From an uncultured virus (IMG/VR IMGVR_UViG_3300044646_001246) (Duplodnaviria; Heunggongvirae; Uroviricota; Caudoviricetes), in IMG/VR virus record IMGVR_UViG_3300044646_001246: a stretch of 64,000 nucleotides of DNA; one strand, 5' to 3'. Position numbers and translations under genes: made by a program. Shown piece after piece: positions 26,274 to 36,347 of the stretch. The notes under the pieces were generated by a model that saw nothing but the letters and a program-made list of their open reading frames with translations, was not told the DNA's origin and did not search any database. Positions within the stretch are counted from its first letter, which is position 1; the number at the start of each line of letters is the position of its first letter.

Positions 26274-28595
26274 GTGTACAAGAACCCACTTGACCTAACC
26301 TCACAGTTCTACCGACCGCTCGTCAATATCTGGATCGAGCGTCTGAGTGCTGCGCGTACGGCCAAGGGGCGGTTCACGAAGGTGGCTGAACAATGCACCG
26401 AGTTCTATGAAGCCGGTGCTGGGTTCATGTGGGAAGAGAAGTTCAAGCGGGACTATTTCGCCGGGAAACTTCCATCTCCGAAATTCAAGATCACCATTGC
26501 AAAGCTGTACGAGTTCGTGGCGATCTATGGTCCTCACCTGTTCTGGCAGTACGCTCGCCGCAAGGTGATCACTCAGCGTCAGATGAAACTTCGCCCTGAG
26601 ATGTTCGGAGATCCTAATGATCCAACCGTTCAGCAAGTCTACGCTCAGGTTTTTCAGCAGGACACGATCGAACAGGCGATGTCCTCTTTTGCCAATGAGA
26701 TGATGGGGGGTTATCTCGACTGGTCACAGCGGGAGCAGCCTCACGGCGGATTGGCAATCAATGGGCAACTGGCAGTCACTGAAGCTCTCGTGAAGGGCAT
26801 GGGATGCCTGTGGCCGGACGTGTATTCGTTCCCGGGCTCACAGCAGAAGTTCACACGCTTGCGGTACAAGACCGTCAATAACTTCTATGTGGACCCGGAC
26901 TGCAAAGATCCAATGCTCGAGACGGCAGGCTACATCACTCTCCGTCACGTCAACCCGATCTGGCAGGTCGAGAAGAAGTTCAACTTGCCAAAGGGCACGC
27001 TGGCCGGCAAGGGCAACATCTCCTCGATGGAGCAAGTCAGCCGGAACAACCAGAAGAAACAGCCAGGCGAATCAGCCAAGGGCACGCACGATCAGATCGA
27101 GTGGTGGGAAATCTGGTCAAAGTGTGGTGTTGGCCCACGGGCTGCGTCCATGTCTCACCAGATGATTGACGAGTTTGACGACACTGTCGGCGACTACGCA
27201 TACCTGTGTATCGCCAATGGAGTCCCATTCCCTCTCAATGCTCCACCTGACAAGTTCTTCGGTGAAAACTCCGCATCGATCGAAGACGTGAAAAGCATGT
27301 TCGAATGGCGATACGCGGACTACGGCGAGATCTTCCCATGTTGGAAGGATGGTCGCTGGCCGGTTTCGCTGCTGTCGTTCAACAAACTGCCAAACACGCC
27401 ATGGCCACTGGCTCCAGCCGCACCCGGACTGGGCGAACTGATTGCCTTAAACATTCTCACGTCGACGTACGTCGATCAGGCGTGGTCAGACCGCAAACAA
27501 CTCATTGGGTATCTCAAGTCGGCATTGGGTGATGTTAAGCAAGCGCTGGAGTCTGAGAACTCTGTGGAAGTCGTGGCAATCAACGACAATGTGCAGCGAT
27601 CCATCGCCGACACAATCCAGTATCTCAACACGCCCGGCCGTGCTAACAACTTGCTCGATGCGATCGAGATGCTGTCCCGGAACTTTGACAAGCGGGTAGG
27701 CTTGTCTGAGCTTCAGTATGGCATGTCGTCAACTCAGATCCGCGTGGCATCCGATGTCCGCACCCGAACTGAATCTGCTAACATCCGCCCTGAGAAGATG
27801 TCAAAGGACGTGGCGGCATGGATGTCTGACGCAGCTCAGATGGAAATGTTTTCGGCCATCCTGTACGTCGACGGCATGAGTCTGACACACTTGCTCGGCG
27901 GCTACGGCGCTTCGCAGTGGGATGCCCTGATCAAAGGGATGCCGATCGAACAAGCAATGCGGGAAATGAAGGCGACCGTTGAGGCGTCTGAAATCCGCCG
28001 GCCGAACCACGAACGCGATACTGCGAACATGCAGGCATTGCAGCAGTACATCACGCCGCTTCTAATGCAGTACGCTCAGCAGACGACGAACAGTGAACCG
28101 CTCAAGGAATTCTTTGTCACCATCGGCGAAGCGATCGAATCTCCAGCAATGGCGAAGATTGCTGGCATGGTAGGACCATGGCAGCCGCCGACAGACGAAC
28201 AGTCTCAGCAGTTGATGCAGGCCGCACAGCAGGCGGAAGTCGAGAACGTCCAGTCAGACTCAGCACAGAAGCAGGCCGCAGCCAAGAAACTGCAGGCAGA
28301 AGCCGTCGCCACTATCGCCGAGATGGGTGCCGATGGTGGAGAAGGCGAGGGCGAGAACGCTGCGGCCGAGAAAGCCAAGGAAGTCGCCATCGAAGAAGTC
28401 AAGTTCCGCCAAGGGCTCCAGCACAAACAGCAGGAGCATGATCAGAAAATGATCAGCAATCAGGAACTGCTGGTTCAGAAACTTCTGTTCAATGAGGCAG
28501 AGGCGAGCCTGAAGCAGCAGACAATGAAAGAACAAGGAGCGATCAAGAATGCGCAAGCGAAACGCAAGTCAGCATTCTCCAAGTCCAGCACTTGA
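26274..28595 (+). CDS. portal protein
   Basis: 773 aa after terL, with a C-terminal Q-rich coiled coil as in P22-type portals. Confidence 0.75.
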   Translation: MYKNPLDLTSQFYRPLVNIWIERLSAARTAKGRFTKVAEQCTEFYEAGAGFMWEEKFKRDYFAGKLPSPKFKITIAKLYEFVAIYGPHLFWQYARRKVITQRQMKLRPEMFGDPNDPTVQQVYAQVFQQDTIEQAMSSFANEMMGGYLDWSQREQPHGGLAINGQLAVTEALVKGMGCLWPDVYSFPGSQQKFTRLRYKTVNNFYVDPDCKDPMLETAGYITLRHVNPIWQVEKKFNLPKGTLAGKGNISSMEQVSRNNQKKQPGESAKGTHDQIEWWEIWSKCGVGPRAASMSHQMIDEFDDTVGDYAYLCIANGVPFPLNAPPDKFFGENSASIEDVKSMFEWRYADYGEIFPCWKDGRWPVSLLSFNKLPNTPWPLAPAAPGLGELIALNILTSTYVDQAWSDRKQLIGYLKSALGDVKQALESENSVEVVAINDNVQRSIADTIQYLNTPGRANNLLDAIEMLSRNFDKRVGLSELQYGMSSTQIRVASDVRTRTESANIRPEKMSKDVAAWMSDAAQMEMFSAILYVDGMSLTHLLGGYGASQWDALIKGMPIEQAMREMKATVEASEIRRPNHERDTANMQALQQYITPLLMQYAQQTTNSEPLKEFFVTIGEAIESPAMAKIAGMVGPWQPPTDEQSQQLMQAAQQAEVENVQSDSAQKQAAAKKLQAEAVATIAEMGADGGEGEGENAAAEKAKEVAIEEVKFRQGLQHKQQEHDQKMISNQELLVQKLLFNEAEASLKQQTMKEQGAIKNAQAKRKSAFSKSST

Positions 28596-29214
28596 AGAAC
28601 TGAACAACATCCCGCAGGAAATCATCACATGGCACGAACGTGGCTTGTGCACACGCGCGGGCCGGGTTCCCGTGCTGGATCATTACCTCAACTGTCTCAA
28701 AGCGAATGAGGGCAATGAGCGAATCGCAGTTCAAATCGTGTCTTATGCTGTGGGTGAGTCTTCAATGGGGGTTGGCATCACGGACAGTGTGTTTATCCAA
28801 GACCAGAACCGTCACGGTCGATCCATTCTCGATCGACACAACGGTGATGCCCGGGCCGTCGAACGACTTCGGAAAGCACTTGCCAAGAACGGCTACGCCC
28901 TTAAATCAGATGATCATTACATCTCAACCGCCGCACAAAAGTTCGGAGATCCTGCGGCAATCCTGAATCACACCAATGGTCTGAGCGGGTTTAAGCAACG
29001 CCTTGAATCCCGCAATCAGCACATGGAGGGTGAAGTCAACATTAAGCCTCGCGAGAACGGAATCGAGCAAAAAGTAAAGCACCGGCTGAACCCGGTTATC
29101 GTCGAACGGATTCGGCAACGAAAGATTAAAGAGAACCCCGATCTTGCCCGCAAAGATCAGCGTGAACTTCGCGAGGCGATCATTGACCAGCATGGATTAA
29201 AGACCAAGTCATGA
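28549..29214 (+). CDS. hypothetical protein
   Basis: ORF in the operon; start uncertain. Confidence 0.6.
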   Translation: MRKRNASQHSPSPALEELNNIPQEIITWHERGLCTRAGRVPVLDHYLNCLKANEGNERIAVQIVSYAVGESSMGVGITDSVFIQDQNRHGRSILDRHNGDARAVERLRKALAKNGYALKSDDHYISTAAQKFGDPAAILNHTNGLSGFKQRLESRNQHMEGEVNIKPRENGIEQKVKHRLNPVIVERIRQRKIKENPDLARKDQRELREAIIDQHGLKTKS

Positions 29215-29459
29215 GCGACAACAAAGGGCCACTGTCACCCGAAGAAATGACACAGATTGACCATGGGATTTCCGGGACCATCCGACAGCCAGTGCAGTCT
29301 CCCCGGTTTCTCAAGGATCTCCTAAACCGATTGAACACTGCACTGGGAACGATTCAGGAACTCGAGCAGCGGGTGGCGAGTCTGGAATCCAAATCACCAG
29401 CAAAACCCGAATCAAAAACGCAGACACCCACGAAACCTAAAAGCTCTGACGACATCTGA
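29211..29459 (+). CDS. hypothetical protein
   Basis: ATGA overlap. Confidence 0.65.
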   Translation: MSDNKGPLSPEEMTQIDHGISGTIRQPVQSPRFLKDLLNRLNTALGTIQELEQRVASLESKSPAKPESKTQTPTKPKSSDDI

Positions 29460-29470
29460 AAGACACAGCC

Positions 29471-30619
29471 GTGTACCTGACTTACCGCGATGCCATTGAT
29501 CACCTGATTGACGTTTACAGCCTTGATGGCAAGGACGTTCAGACGGTCGTGCGCAGACTTCGCCGGTCAGTTCAGGAAGCCTGCAACAAGCTCCCGGCCA
29601 TGCACGACTGGGAGTTTTTGCAGAAAACCGGCATGCTGACCACCTCACCCCAGTATTCCACTGGGACTGTGGCCTACACATCATCCACCAGATTCCTGAC
29701 TCTCACGAGCGGGACATGGCCGGATGATGCAGAGTTTGGTGATGTGATCATTTCCAACAAGCGATTCATGGTCGCACGCAGGAATAGCAGCACAGTCCTG
29801 ACACTGGACGATGCTCAGTGTCCGGATGATGACATTGCTTCCGGGACATCGTACAAGTGGATCCGACAGCGGTACACGCTTCCATACTTCGTGGGTGACA
29901 TCCGAGAAGTCACGGACATTCAGCTTCTCAGCCTCATCCGCCGTATTCAGGTTGATGACAACTTCTGGTATTCGGAAGCGTGGAATATCACCGGCAGTCC
30001 TTCAGCTTGGTCAATGTTTCCATCACGCCGCCGCCCGGGGCAATGGGAATTCTGGCTGTCGTCTGTCCCGAACGACGTACGTCAATACCGGTATCTGTAC
30101 CAGACTCGCTGGGCGTCGAATGAGGTTGAGGAGCTATCCACTGGAACCGTCTCAGTCACTGGCGATGTTGCGACGTTCTCGACCAGCGTTCTCACGTCCG
30201 CGTGCGCGGGTGCCGTGCTGCGAATCTCATCAACCGCATCGGCCCCAACAAGCCAGTTCGGCCGGTACAACAGTACGACGAAGGTTGTGGACTTCAACCC
30301 ACCAGCAACAGAACACATCATCACGCAGGTCAACAGCGGGACGGAAGCCCTGCTAAATATCCCCGTGGCATCCGCCGTAACCACAAAGGGATACACGGTC
30401 AGCAGTCACATCAACCTGAACACGGAAGGGATGCTGGAGTTCTTCTATCGCCTTTGTGAGTACCAGTACGAAATCATCTCACGCGGGGATAAGAAGAACG
30501 TCGCGTTTCAGAACGGGCTGATGATTGAAGCCTTGAAGTCGGCCATGGCGGCAGACGCTCGCAACCTCGAAAGCGGACGCGCGAAGATTATTGATCCGCG
30601 TCCGATCATCAGGGAGTAA
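29471..30619 (+). CDS. head-tail adaptor-like protein
   Basis: N-terminal helices ending HDWEFL, two inserted 'TGTV' beta domains, YTLP motif. Confidence 0.55.
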   Translation: MYLTYRDAIDHLIDVYSLDGKDVQTVVRRLRRSVQEACNKLPAMHDWEFLQKTGMLTTSPQYSTGTVAYTSSTRFLTLTSGTWPDDAEFGDVIISNKRFMVARRNSSTVLTLDDAQCPDDDIASGTSYKWIRQRYTLPYFVGDIREVTDIQLLSLIRRIQVDDNFWYSEAWNITGSPSAWSMFPSRRRPGQWEFWLSSVPNDVRQYRYLYQTRWASNEVEELSTGTVSVTGDVATFSTSVLTSACAGAVLRISSTASAPTSQFGRYNSTTKVVDFNPPATEHIITQVNSGTEALLNIPVASAVTTKGYTVSSHINLNTEGMLEFFYRLCEYQYEIISRGDKKNVAFQNGLMIEALKSAMAADARNLESGRAKIIDPRPIIRE

Positions 30620-30623
30620 GCCT

Positions 30624-31178
30624 ATGTCAAGCCTTGAGTTCGTGGCCTACAGAACCACACGCGACTTTCTCCGGAAGATGGCAGAGGACAATGTCTTCCA
30701 AGCGGTTGGAAGTGACAACATCCGAGGCATTTGCTCGGAAGCCGTCATAGGCCGGTTTGCTCAGCGAAAGCCAGAGGAACGTGGCCAGAGCGATCGAGGG
30801 GAAACCAACCTCGTTTTACCTGGCATCCTCGTCACATGGATCAATCACAACCGCCCTGAGTCAGCCGGCGAGATCGACTACGACGATGGCATTATCACCA
30901 TGCTCATCCAGTTGGTCGACATATTTGACCGCAATGAAGACAACGATAGTTCGATTGAATCCTACATGCGATGGCTCACTGACATCCGTGAAGGGCTCCA
31001 ATCAAACCCATACCGAAATCTTGATCAGCACTTGGGCGACATTTATCTCGTGCATGTGAAAGAAACTGTTGCTCCTGAGTATCGATCCTATGTCGTCGAT
31101 GAAGCTCGGCTTGTCCTGACGCTTCTTCTGTTTACCCGAACACGTCGGGATATTGGAGTTAAGAACCATGACGCTTGA
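30624..31178 (+). CDS. probable tail completion/terminator protein
   Basis: Size and position before the tube-like gene. Confidence 0.4.
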   Translation: MSSLEFVAYRTTRDFLRKMAEDNVFQAVGSDNIRGICSEAVIGRFAQRKPEERGQSDRGETNLVLPGILVTWINHNRPESAGEIDYDDGIITMLIQLVDIFDRNEDNDSSIESYMRWLTDIREGLQSNPYRNLDQHLGDIYLVHVKETVAPEYRSYVVDEARLVLTLLLFTRTRRDIGVKNHDA

Positions 31179-32082
31179 AGCCATTACAGTCGGTCGTGAA
31201 GCCCGGATGATGTTGGGCAGTGATACATACTGCTTCGGAAAATTTCAAAACGACACCACTCGTGAGATCGTGGAAGATCCGGACGTGATCTGCGGAGACA
31301 TTGACGCCCCAATCAATCGCGTCCGCAAGGGGCGAAAAATTGTCCGTGGCATCATTGAACTTGATCCCACCTATTCTCAGTTGGTTGCGTTGTTGCCGTG
31401 GCTCGGAGTTACTACTGTCAGTAGCGGGGTTTACAACCTTGGGGCTGCTGATGTTCCGCTGGAAAAGAACTGCAAATTTGATCTTGGCGGCGCTCAGCAC
31501 GACTGGTCGAACTGTATCGTTCTTGGGTATGCGTTCCGTGGATCCAAAGGTGGACGACCCGTATCGATGCAAATCAACATCGAAGGCGAAGATGAAACGG
31601 AAGCCGGATCTTCATTCTCCGATAATCCATTGGCAATCAATAAGGTGTTTTCGTTCACTGATATTGCCACACGTCAGCTCGACAACGCGGGCGGGACGCT
31701 CACCTCTCGCCCAATTGACAGGTTTCTAATTCAAGTTGACAACCGCATGGTTTCAGAATGGAACTCATCCATCACCCGCACAGGGGCCGAGATCGGAGAC
31801 CGGCAAGCGGTGTTTGCCACCAGCGTGCCTTATACGACAACTCACAAAGATCTGTACTGGACTTACCGGGACAGTGAAGGATCAGTTGAGGCAAAACTGA
31901 AACTCACAAACTCTAACGGCAACATTGAGTTTTTCATGCCGCATACAGTTCCAATCACTAAAGGACCGTCAGTGATTGGTAAATTTGACCAGATCAGGAC
32001 GCCGGTCACGCTAGCAATGCGACGTGGGGACAATGCTGGAACTCGTGTCTCACCGATGACCATGACACTCACAGGACCGTAA
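31168..32082 (+). CDS. probable tail tube protein
   Basis: 304 aa, beta-rich, tail-module position. Confidence 0.55.
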   Translation: MTLEAITVGREARMMLGSDTYCFGKFQNDTTREIVEDPDVICGDIDAPINRVRKGRKIVRGIIELDPTYSQLVALLPWLGVTTVSSGVYNLGAADVPLEKNCKFDLGGAQHDWSNCIVLGYAFRGSKGGRPVSMQINIEGEDETEAGSSFSDNPLAINKVFSFTDIATRQLDNAGGTLTSRPIDRFLIQVDNRMVSEWNSSITRTGAEIGDRQAVFATSVPYTTTHKDLYWTYRDSEGSVEAKLKLTNSNGNIEFFMPHTVPITKGPSVIGKFDQIRTPVTLAMRRGDNAGTRVSPMTMTLTGP

Positions 32083-32084
32083 CA

Positions 32085-32723
32085 GTGCTGAATGACGGCT
32101 ACACTGAATCGCTGGACATATTCCTGATCCGGCGATTCATTTCTTCAGAGCGAAAACACTTCGATGAACTTCTCAAACAAGATCGACTTCAAACGGCAAG
32201 GGAGTTCCTTGCCAGCCACATTTCCGATCCAGACGGCAAAAGAGTCCCGCTCACCCTTATTCCACAGGATGTTGCAACTGCGGTCCTTTCTAACTCAACA
32301 GAACATTCAGATCTCGCAAACTTACAGACGGGAATGCGGCTAATGCTGAATGATCCGCTTCTTGCAATTCGCCCGTGCGAACTGTGCAGGAAGTGGTGGT
32401 TTGATCAGGACACTGGCCTAATTGTTCAGATCGGTAAACAAAACCTTGAGAGACCAGATCATGCCCTAACAGCGTGCGAAACAACCAGAGGATGCGGACG
32501 TGGGACACCTGATTCACTTCTCGCATTCAACGAAAGAAACCAGAAGGCTTTTGATCACTGGATGAATTGGCGACACGTTGGGTGCCCGGCTCCGCAAGAC
32601 GCGATCATTCGCCGCAACTGGATGTGGTTTGAGACATTGAAAGAGAATCATGGACTTCGCGAAACTCGTTCAAGACTACTTCAATCAAAAGACCGAGGGC
32701 GACCCGTCCTTCATGGTCTCTGA
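32085..32723 (+). CDS. possible tail assembly chaperone (Cys-containing)
   Basis: Follows the tube gene; PCELC...CETTRGC. Confidence 0.4.
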   Translation: MLNDGYTESLDIFLIRRFISSERKHFDELLKQDRLQTAREFLASHISDPDGKRVPLTLIPQDVATAVLSNSTEHSDLANLQTGMRLMLNDPLLAIRPCELCRKWWFDQDTGLIVQIGKQNLERPDHALTACETTRGCGRGTPDSLLAFNERNQKAFDHWMNWRHVGCPAPQDAIIRRNWMWFETLKENHGLRETRSRLLQSKDRGRPVLHGL

Positions 32724-33423
32724 GGAGTCGTTGGCGTTTGTCGACCTGATGCGGAAGGACGACATGGATCGTCGCGCGTCGGCTGTCAGGGAGCAGACAA
32801 ACGCAAGCGAACGAGGCGAGCAAGATCAGGAATCAGTCACAGAAGAAGCGAACAACAGGCCATCATCTGATTCAGGGGATGATGCTGATCCATCCACCGC
32901 AATTTTTGAAAGATCACAGGAAGTCATCACGTCGCCTGCAGTGCCCGTATCTGAAGTCGCTCTCGGAACGGATCCACTGCAGGCGACTATTTCTGACAAT
33001 GACCCGGCTCAGCCGGCTGAAGTTTTTCAGGAGTCGGAACAATCTCCAGAATCTTCAATCGACCAGACTCTCCCACCGGAAGCTAACACTGCATCACCAC
33101 ATGAAGTGTTCACGGAAGACGGGCAGCAGGCCGCAACAAACGAGCAACTTCGACAAGAAGGGGCTCAGGTCACAGAAATCCCAAACCTCAGTGGCGATAC
33201 AACCATCATCGCCCCAGAGGGAATGCCTGATTTTGACCAGATGCTAAAACGATTCGACGGCGACTACCGGCCGCCAAGCGATCCGATTGGCGACGACTTG
33301 GAATTCCCGGAGATTGACGAGGAGCCACCAACAGAAGAATTGCAAAGCACGTCTGAGTATGCTGAATCGATGATGACAGGATTCTCAGAATCACTTGAGC
33401 AGTTCGAGCGGAGGGCATCATGA
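32650..33423 (+). CDS. acidic, probably disordered protein
   Basis: D/E/P/S-rich, 257 aa. Confidence 0.6.
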   Translation: MDFAKLVQDYFNQKTEGDPSFMVSEESLAFVDLMRKDDMDRRASAVREQTNASERGEQDQESVTEEANNRPSSDSGDDADPSTAIFERSQEVITSPAVPVSEVALGTDPLQATISDNDPAQPAEVFQESEQSPESSIDQTLPPEANTASPHEVFTEDGQQAATNEQLRQEGAQVTEIPNLSGDTTIIAPEGMPDFDQMLKRFDGDYRPPSDPIGDDLEFPEIDEEPPTEELQSTSEYAESMMTGFSESLEQFERRAS

Positions 33424-34157
33424 TTCTCAAGTGGGGATCTTACACACACTCGCTAAATGAAGTTGGCATCCGCATTTCAAGACGATCAATCTTCGACACA
33501 TTCGGTCGCCGCATGGGAGAAGTTGAAGATTGGAATATCCTTGGTGCTGTTCTTCAGAATTCTCAAGCCAACATCACAGCCGCCCTTAGTTCTCTGGAAA
33601 CTGCCTACAACACAAGTCATCAGGATTTAATTCTTTATCTGGCAGACGGCACGACAGAGACAAAGCACAAGCTCCTGAACAGTGAATGCTTCGGGGGAAC
33701 TAACTGCACAGGATTCGGCTACATCGACGGTCCTTGGAAGATGCGAACTGAGTATGCCAACCGCCGCACATTCTGGGCGTCCGTCCGCGGTGAGCGCCGT
33801 GTCGGCACAGGGCTGTACGCGTGGAAGGAATCCATGACCGTCAAAGGTACCGGTGGAGCAAAGTGGCGATTCATGCCGCAGCTTCTTGGAGTCCCGATCG
33901 CACAAACACTTCAGACTGATACGACGTACTACTACGTTCAGGAGGGAATGGCCGTTGGGCGAGAAACCTACATTGCGCCGCCAGGACCAGTCTACCCCGG
34001 AATTGAACACATGGAGATGCGAGAAGTTCGGTACATCACACCGAAGGACATTCGGTATCCGAACAAGTACGAGCTGTACACGACCACTTGGCGATATGTC
34101 ATGGAAGCCACGAACAACATGGGCTTCTCAGCCTTTACTTCTCCTGTGGTGACTTAA
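33420..34157 (+). CDS. tail structural protein
   Basis: ATGA-coupled, beta-rich. Confidence 0.5.
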   Translation: MILKWGSYTHSLNEVGIRISRRSIFDTFGRRMGEVEDWNILGAVLQNSQANITAALSSLETAYNTSHQDLILYLADGTTETKHKLLNSECFGGTNCTGFGYIDGPWKMRTEYANRRTFWASVRGERRVGTGLYAWKESMTVKGTGGAKWRFMPQLLGVPIAQTLQTDTTYYYVQEGMAVGRETYIAPPGPVYPGIEHMEMREVRYITPKDIRYPNKYELYTTTWRYVMEATNNMGFSAFTSPVVT

Positions 34158-35824
34158 TGGTAATCCCCCCGCAAGGTCTGGTTTCACTGCCGGGCATTAA
34201 CGCCCCCAAAGGAGCGGTCTACACGCAGACGCTTGGAGTGCATCCAGACCGCATCGCCATCCGGGCCATTCCGCAATTGACACCCCTGCCAACCTACGGA
34301 ACGATCACCTTCACGTTCAATGGTGGCGTGTTAAATTTGCCAGGCTGTTACTTTGATGAAGCCCGCATCTATGCCAGTGCGGCCGATGGGTTCTATCTGT
34401 CCGCCATTTACCTCGACCGCCGGGAACGGTGGCGATTCGCCCCGCCGATCTCAGGTTATTACAACATCTACCGCGCGGGTACGCAAGTTGTCACTAAGAA
34501 GAAACATCTCCGCGACTTAGCCACACTGCTGCTGAACCAGATGGGCGAGGCATCCCCGGATGTTTCATCTCTCAGTACGTCGATATACCCAGAAGTTCGA
34601 TGGGACTGCGAGCCTTGCGTGGATGCACTGGACAAGCTTCTTCGCGAATGGGGGTTCAGCCTCAGTCTCGGGTTCAACAGCGAGAACGTGAAGATTGTCC
34701 AGATGGGTGTTGGCTCATCCGCTAGCATCACATATGCCATGATGGCAAGTTCGACTGTCGATCCGAAGGTTCGCCCTCAATACATCCGCACTTGCTTCGG
34801 ACCATCCATCGCACAGGCACGGTTCAAGCTTGAGCCCATAGCAGCAGAAGTTGACGGGACGTGGGTTGCTGCAGACTCTGCGTCGTACAAGCCGGCCGCT
34901 GGGTGGGAAAAAGAAAATCCTTACCGACTTCCAAATGTTGCAATTGCTTCATCCACAGCGACATACAACGTAGCCGTTGCAAGCGTTTATCGCGCGTACC
35001 GAATCGTGGCGTTCGCCAACAACACACTGGCAGTCCCTGACGGATCGGGAACTCTTTCGTCAATTCGGCAATGCCTGCCTCTCTATAACCGACTGCTCGA
35101 CGATGAGTCGATCCGATCGGATGGTTCTTCAATTCCATTTCGAATCTACGGCAAGAGGACCATCCCTGCCGAATACAATGGCCAGCCGGCCAAAGATGTT
35201 ACCACCACAAAGGATGACGAGATCGTTGGTGAGAAAGTTCACTTCGACGGCGAGACCGGCTTGGTGATTTTTGAAAACCCGCAGTATTACACGAACGCTG
35301 GAGATTACAAATTTGCGGACTTGTACCTCGAAGCTTCGTTCGGTATTGTTAACGCTACAGGTAATTATCCAACTCACTACGAGAAGGATGTTCTGTTTGA
35401 TGCGGCCGGTCTCGGCTATCACTCGGTGAAGTATCCGGAACTGGAAGCCCGGACAGTTATCACCTACACGACAAATCAAACAGTCTCTGGAAGTTCAACG
35501 AATCAGGCTGCACTGGATGCTGTGGCTGCACTGATCGCGTCCTCAGTGTCGGCGCAGTACACCACGACTGCCAGTCAAATGATTGTCTACTGTATGCCTA
35601 TCTTCATGTTGCGGTGTGATGGAATTATTCATCAGGTGCAACATGTGATTTCGGATGGCACGAAGCACGCCGGTTCTTATTCAACGGTTTCGCTGAACAT
35701 GGAATTTGACAGTTGCATCTCATCACGAGACGAACGAGCCTCGATCGCTCACGATCGGTTGGCGATGCTGTCCTCACGATCCAGACTGGCGCTGGACCGC
35801 CGAAAGGATCAGGCCGATGACTGA
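34157..35824 (+). CDS. tail hub/baseplate-like protein
   Basis: TAATG coupling; 555 aa; position. Confidence 0.5.
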   Translation: MVIPPQGLVSLPGINAPKGAVYTQTLGVHPDRIAIRAIPQLTPLPTYGTITFTFNGGVLNLPGCYFDEARIYASAADGFYLSAIYLDRRERWRFAPPISGYYNIYRAGTQVVTKKKHLRDLATLLLNQMGEASPDVSSLSTSIYPEVRWDCEPCVDALDKLLREWGFSLSLGFNSENVKIVQMGVGSSASITYAMMASSTVDPKVRPQYIRTCFGPSIAQARFKLEPIAAEVDGTWVAADSASYKPAAGWEKENPYRLPNVAIASSTATYNVAVASVYRAYRIVAFANNTLAVPDGSGTLSSIRQCLPLYNRLLDDESIRSDGSSIPFRIYGKRTIPAEYNGQPAKDVTTTKDDEIVGEKVHFDGETGLVIFENPQYYTNAGDYKFADLYLEASFGIVNATGNYPTHYEKDVLFDAAGLGYHSVKYPELEARTVITYTTNQTVSGSSTNQAALDAVAALIASSVSAQYTTTASQMIVYCMPIFMLRCDGIIHQVQHVISDGTKHAGSYSTVSLNMEFDSCISSRDERASIAHDRLAMLSSRSRLALDRRKDQADD

Positions 35825-36347
35825 TCGCATCAAGGCTCCGGGCAGGAGCCCGTTCGATAATTCACGGGTGATGAAGTGGAAGAACGTATCGGGCGAAGAG
35901 ATCCCGGCCTATGGTGTTGTGAAACTTCAGGATTACATTGAGGCGGATGATTACTTTGAGGCAGTGAAACCGGACGGTGAAGGGGCGTTACACTTCGTCA
36001 ATGGTCCTGTGGCTGTGGCTGTTGACGCGTATGGCGGGTCACAGACGTGGGATTTGTCTCGCATCGGGAAGACTAATGGGACGTTCGGTGATGTTGTCGG
36101 GCCTGTGTCCGGGTCGTGGGAGATGACGACTGAGGGGACTGGCTTTGTTGTGTTCAGCACGCCGGCGGATGGGGTTGCTGCGCTGCTGAAGGATGGCGGG
36201 GGTTCAGTTGAACTTTGCCACGGCTTGATTATTGAGCAATGCAATTCTGCGTGTTCGACGTACCGGGTTCAGCGTGTGCATCGGTATCTCCGCCCTGTCT
36301 GTGATAACGATGGATCTGGGAGCGGATCTGGCAGTGGAGGCCCGTAA
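35817..36347 (+). CDS. tail-tip protein with C-terminal GSGSGSGSG
   Basis: KNVSGEEIPAYGVV motif; position. Confidence 0.55.
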   Translation: MTDRIKAPGRSPFDNSRVMKWKNVSGEEIPAYGVVKLQDYIEADDYFEAVKPDGEGALHFVNGPVAVAVDAYGGSQTWDLSRIGKTNGTFGDVVGPVSGSWEMTTEGTGFVVFSTPADGVAALLKDGGGSVELCHGLIIEQCNSACSTYRVQRVHRYLRPVCDNDGSGSGSGSGGP

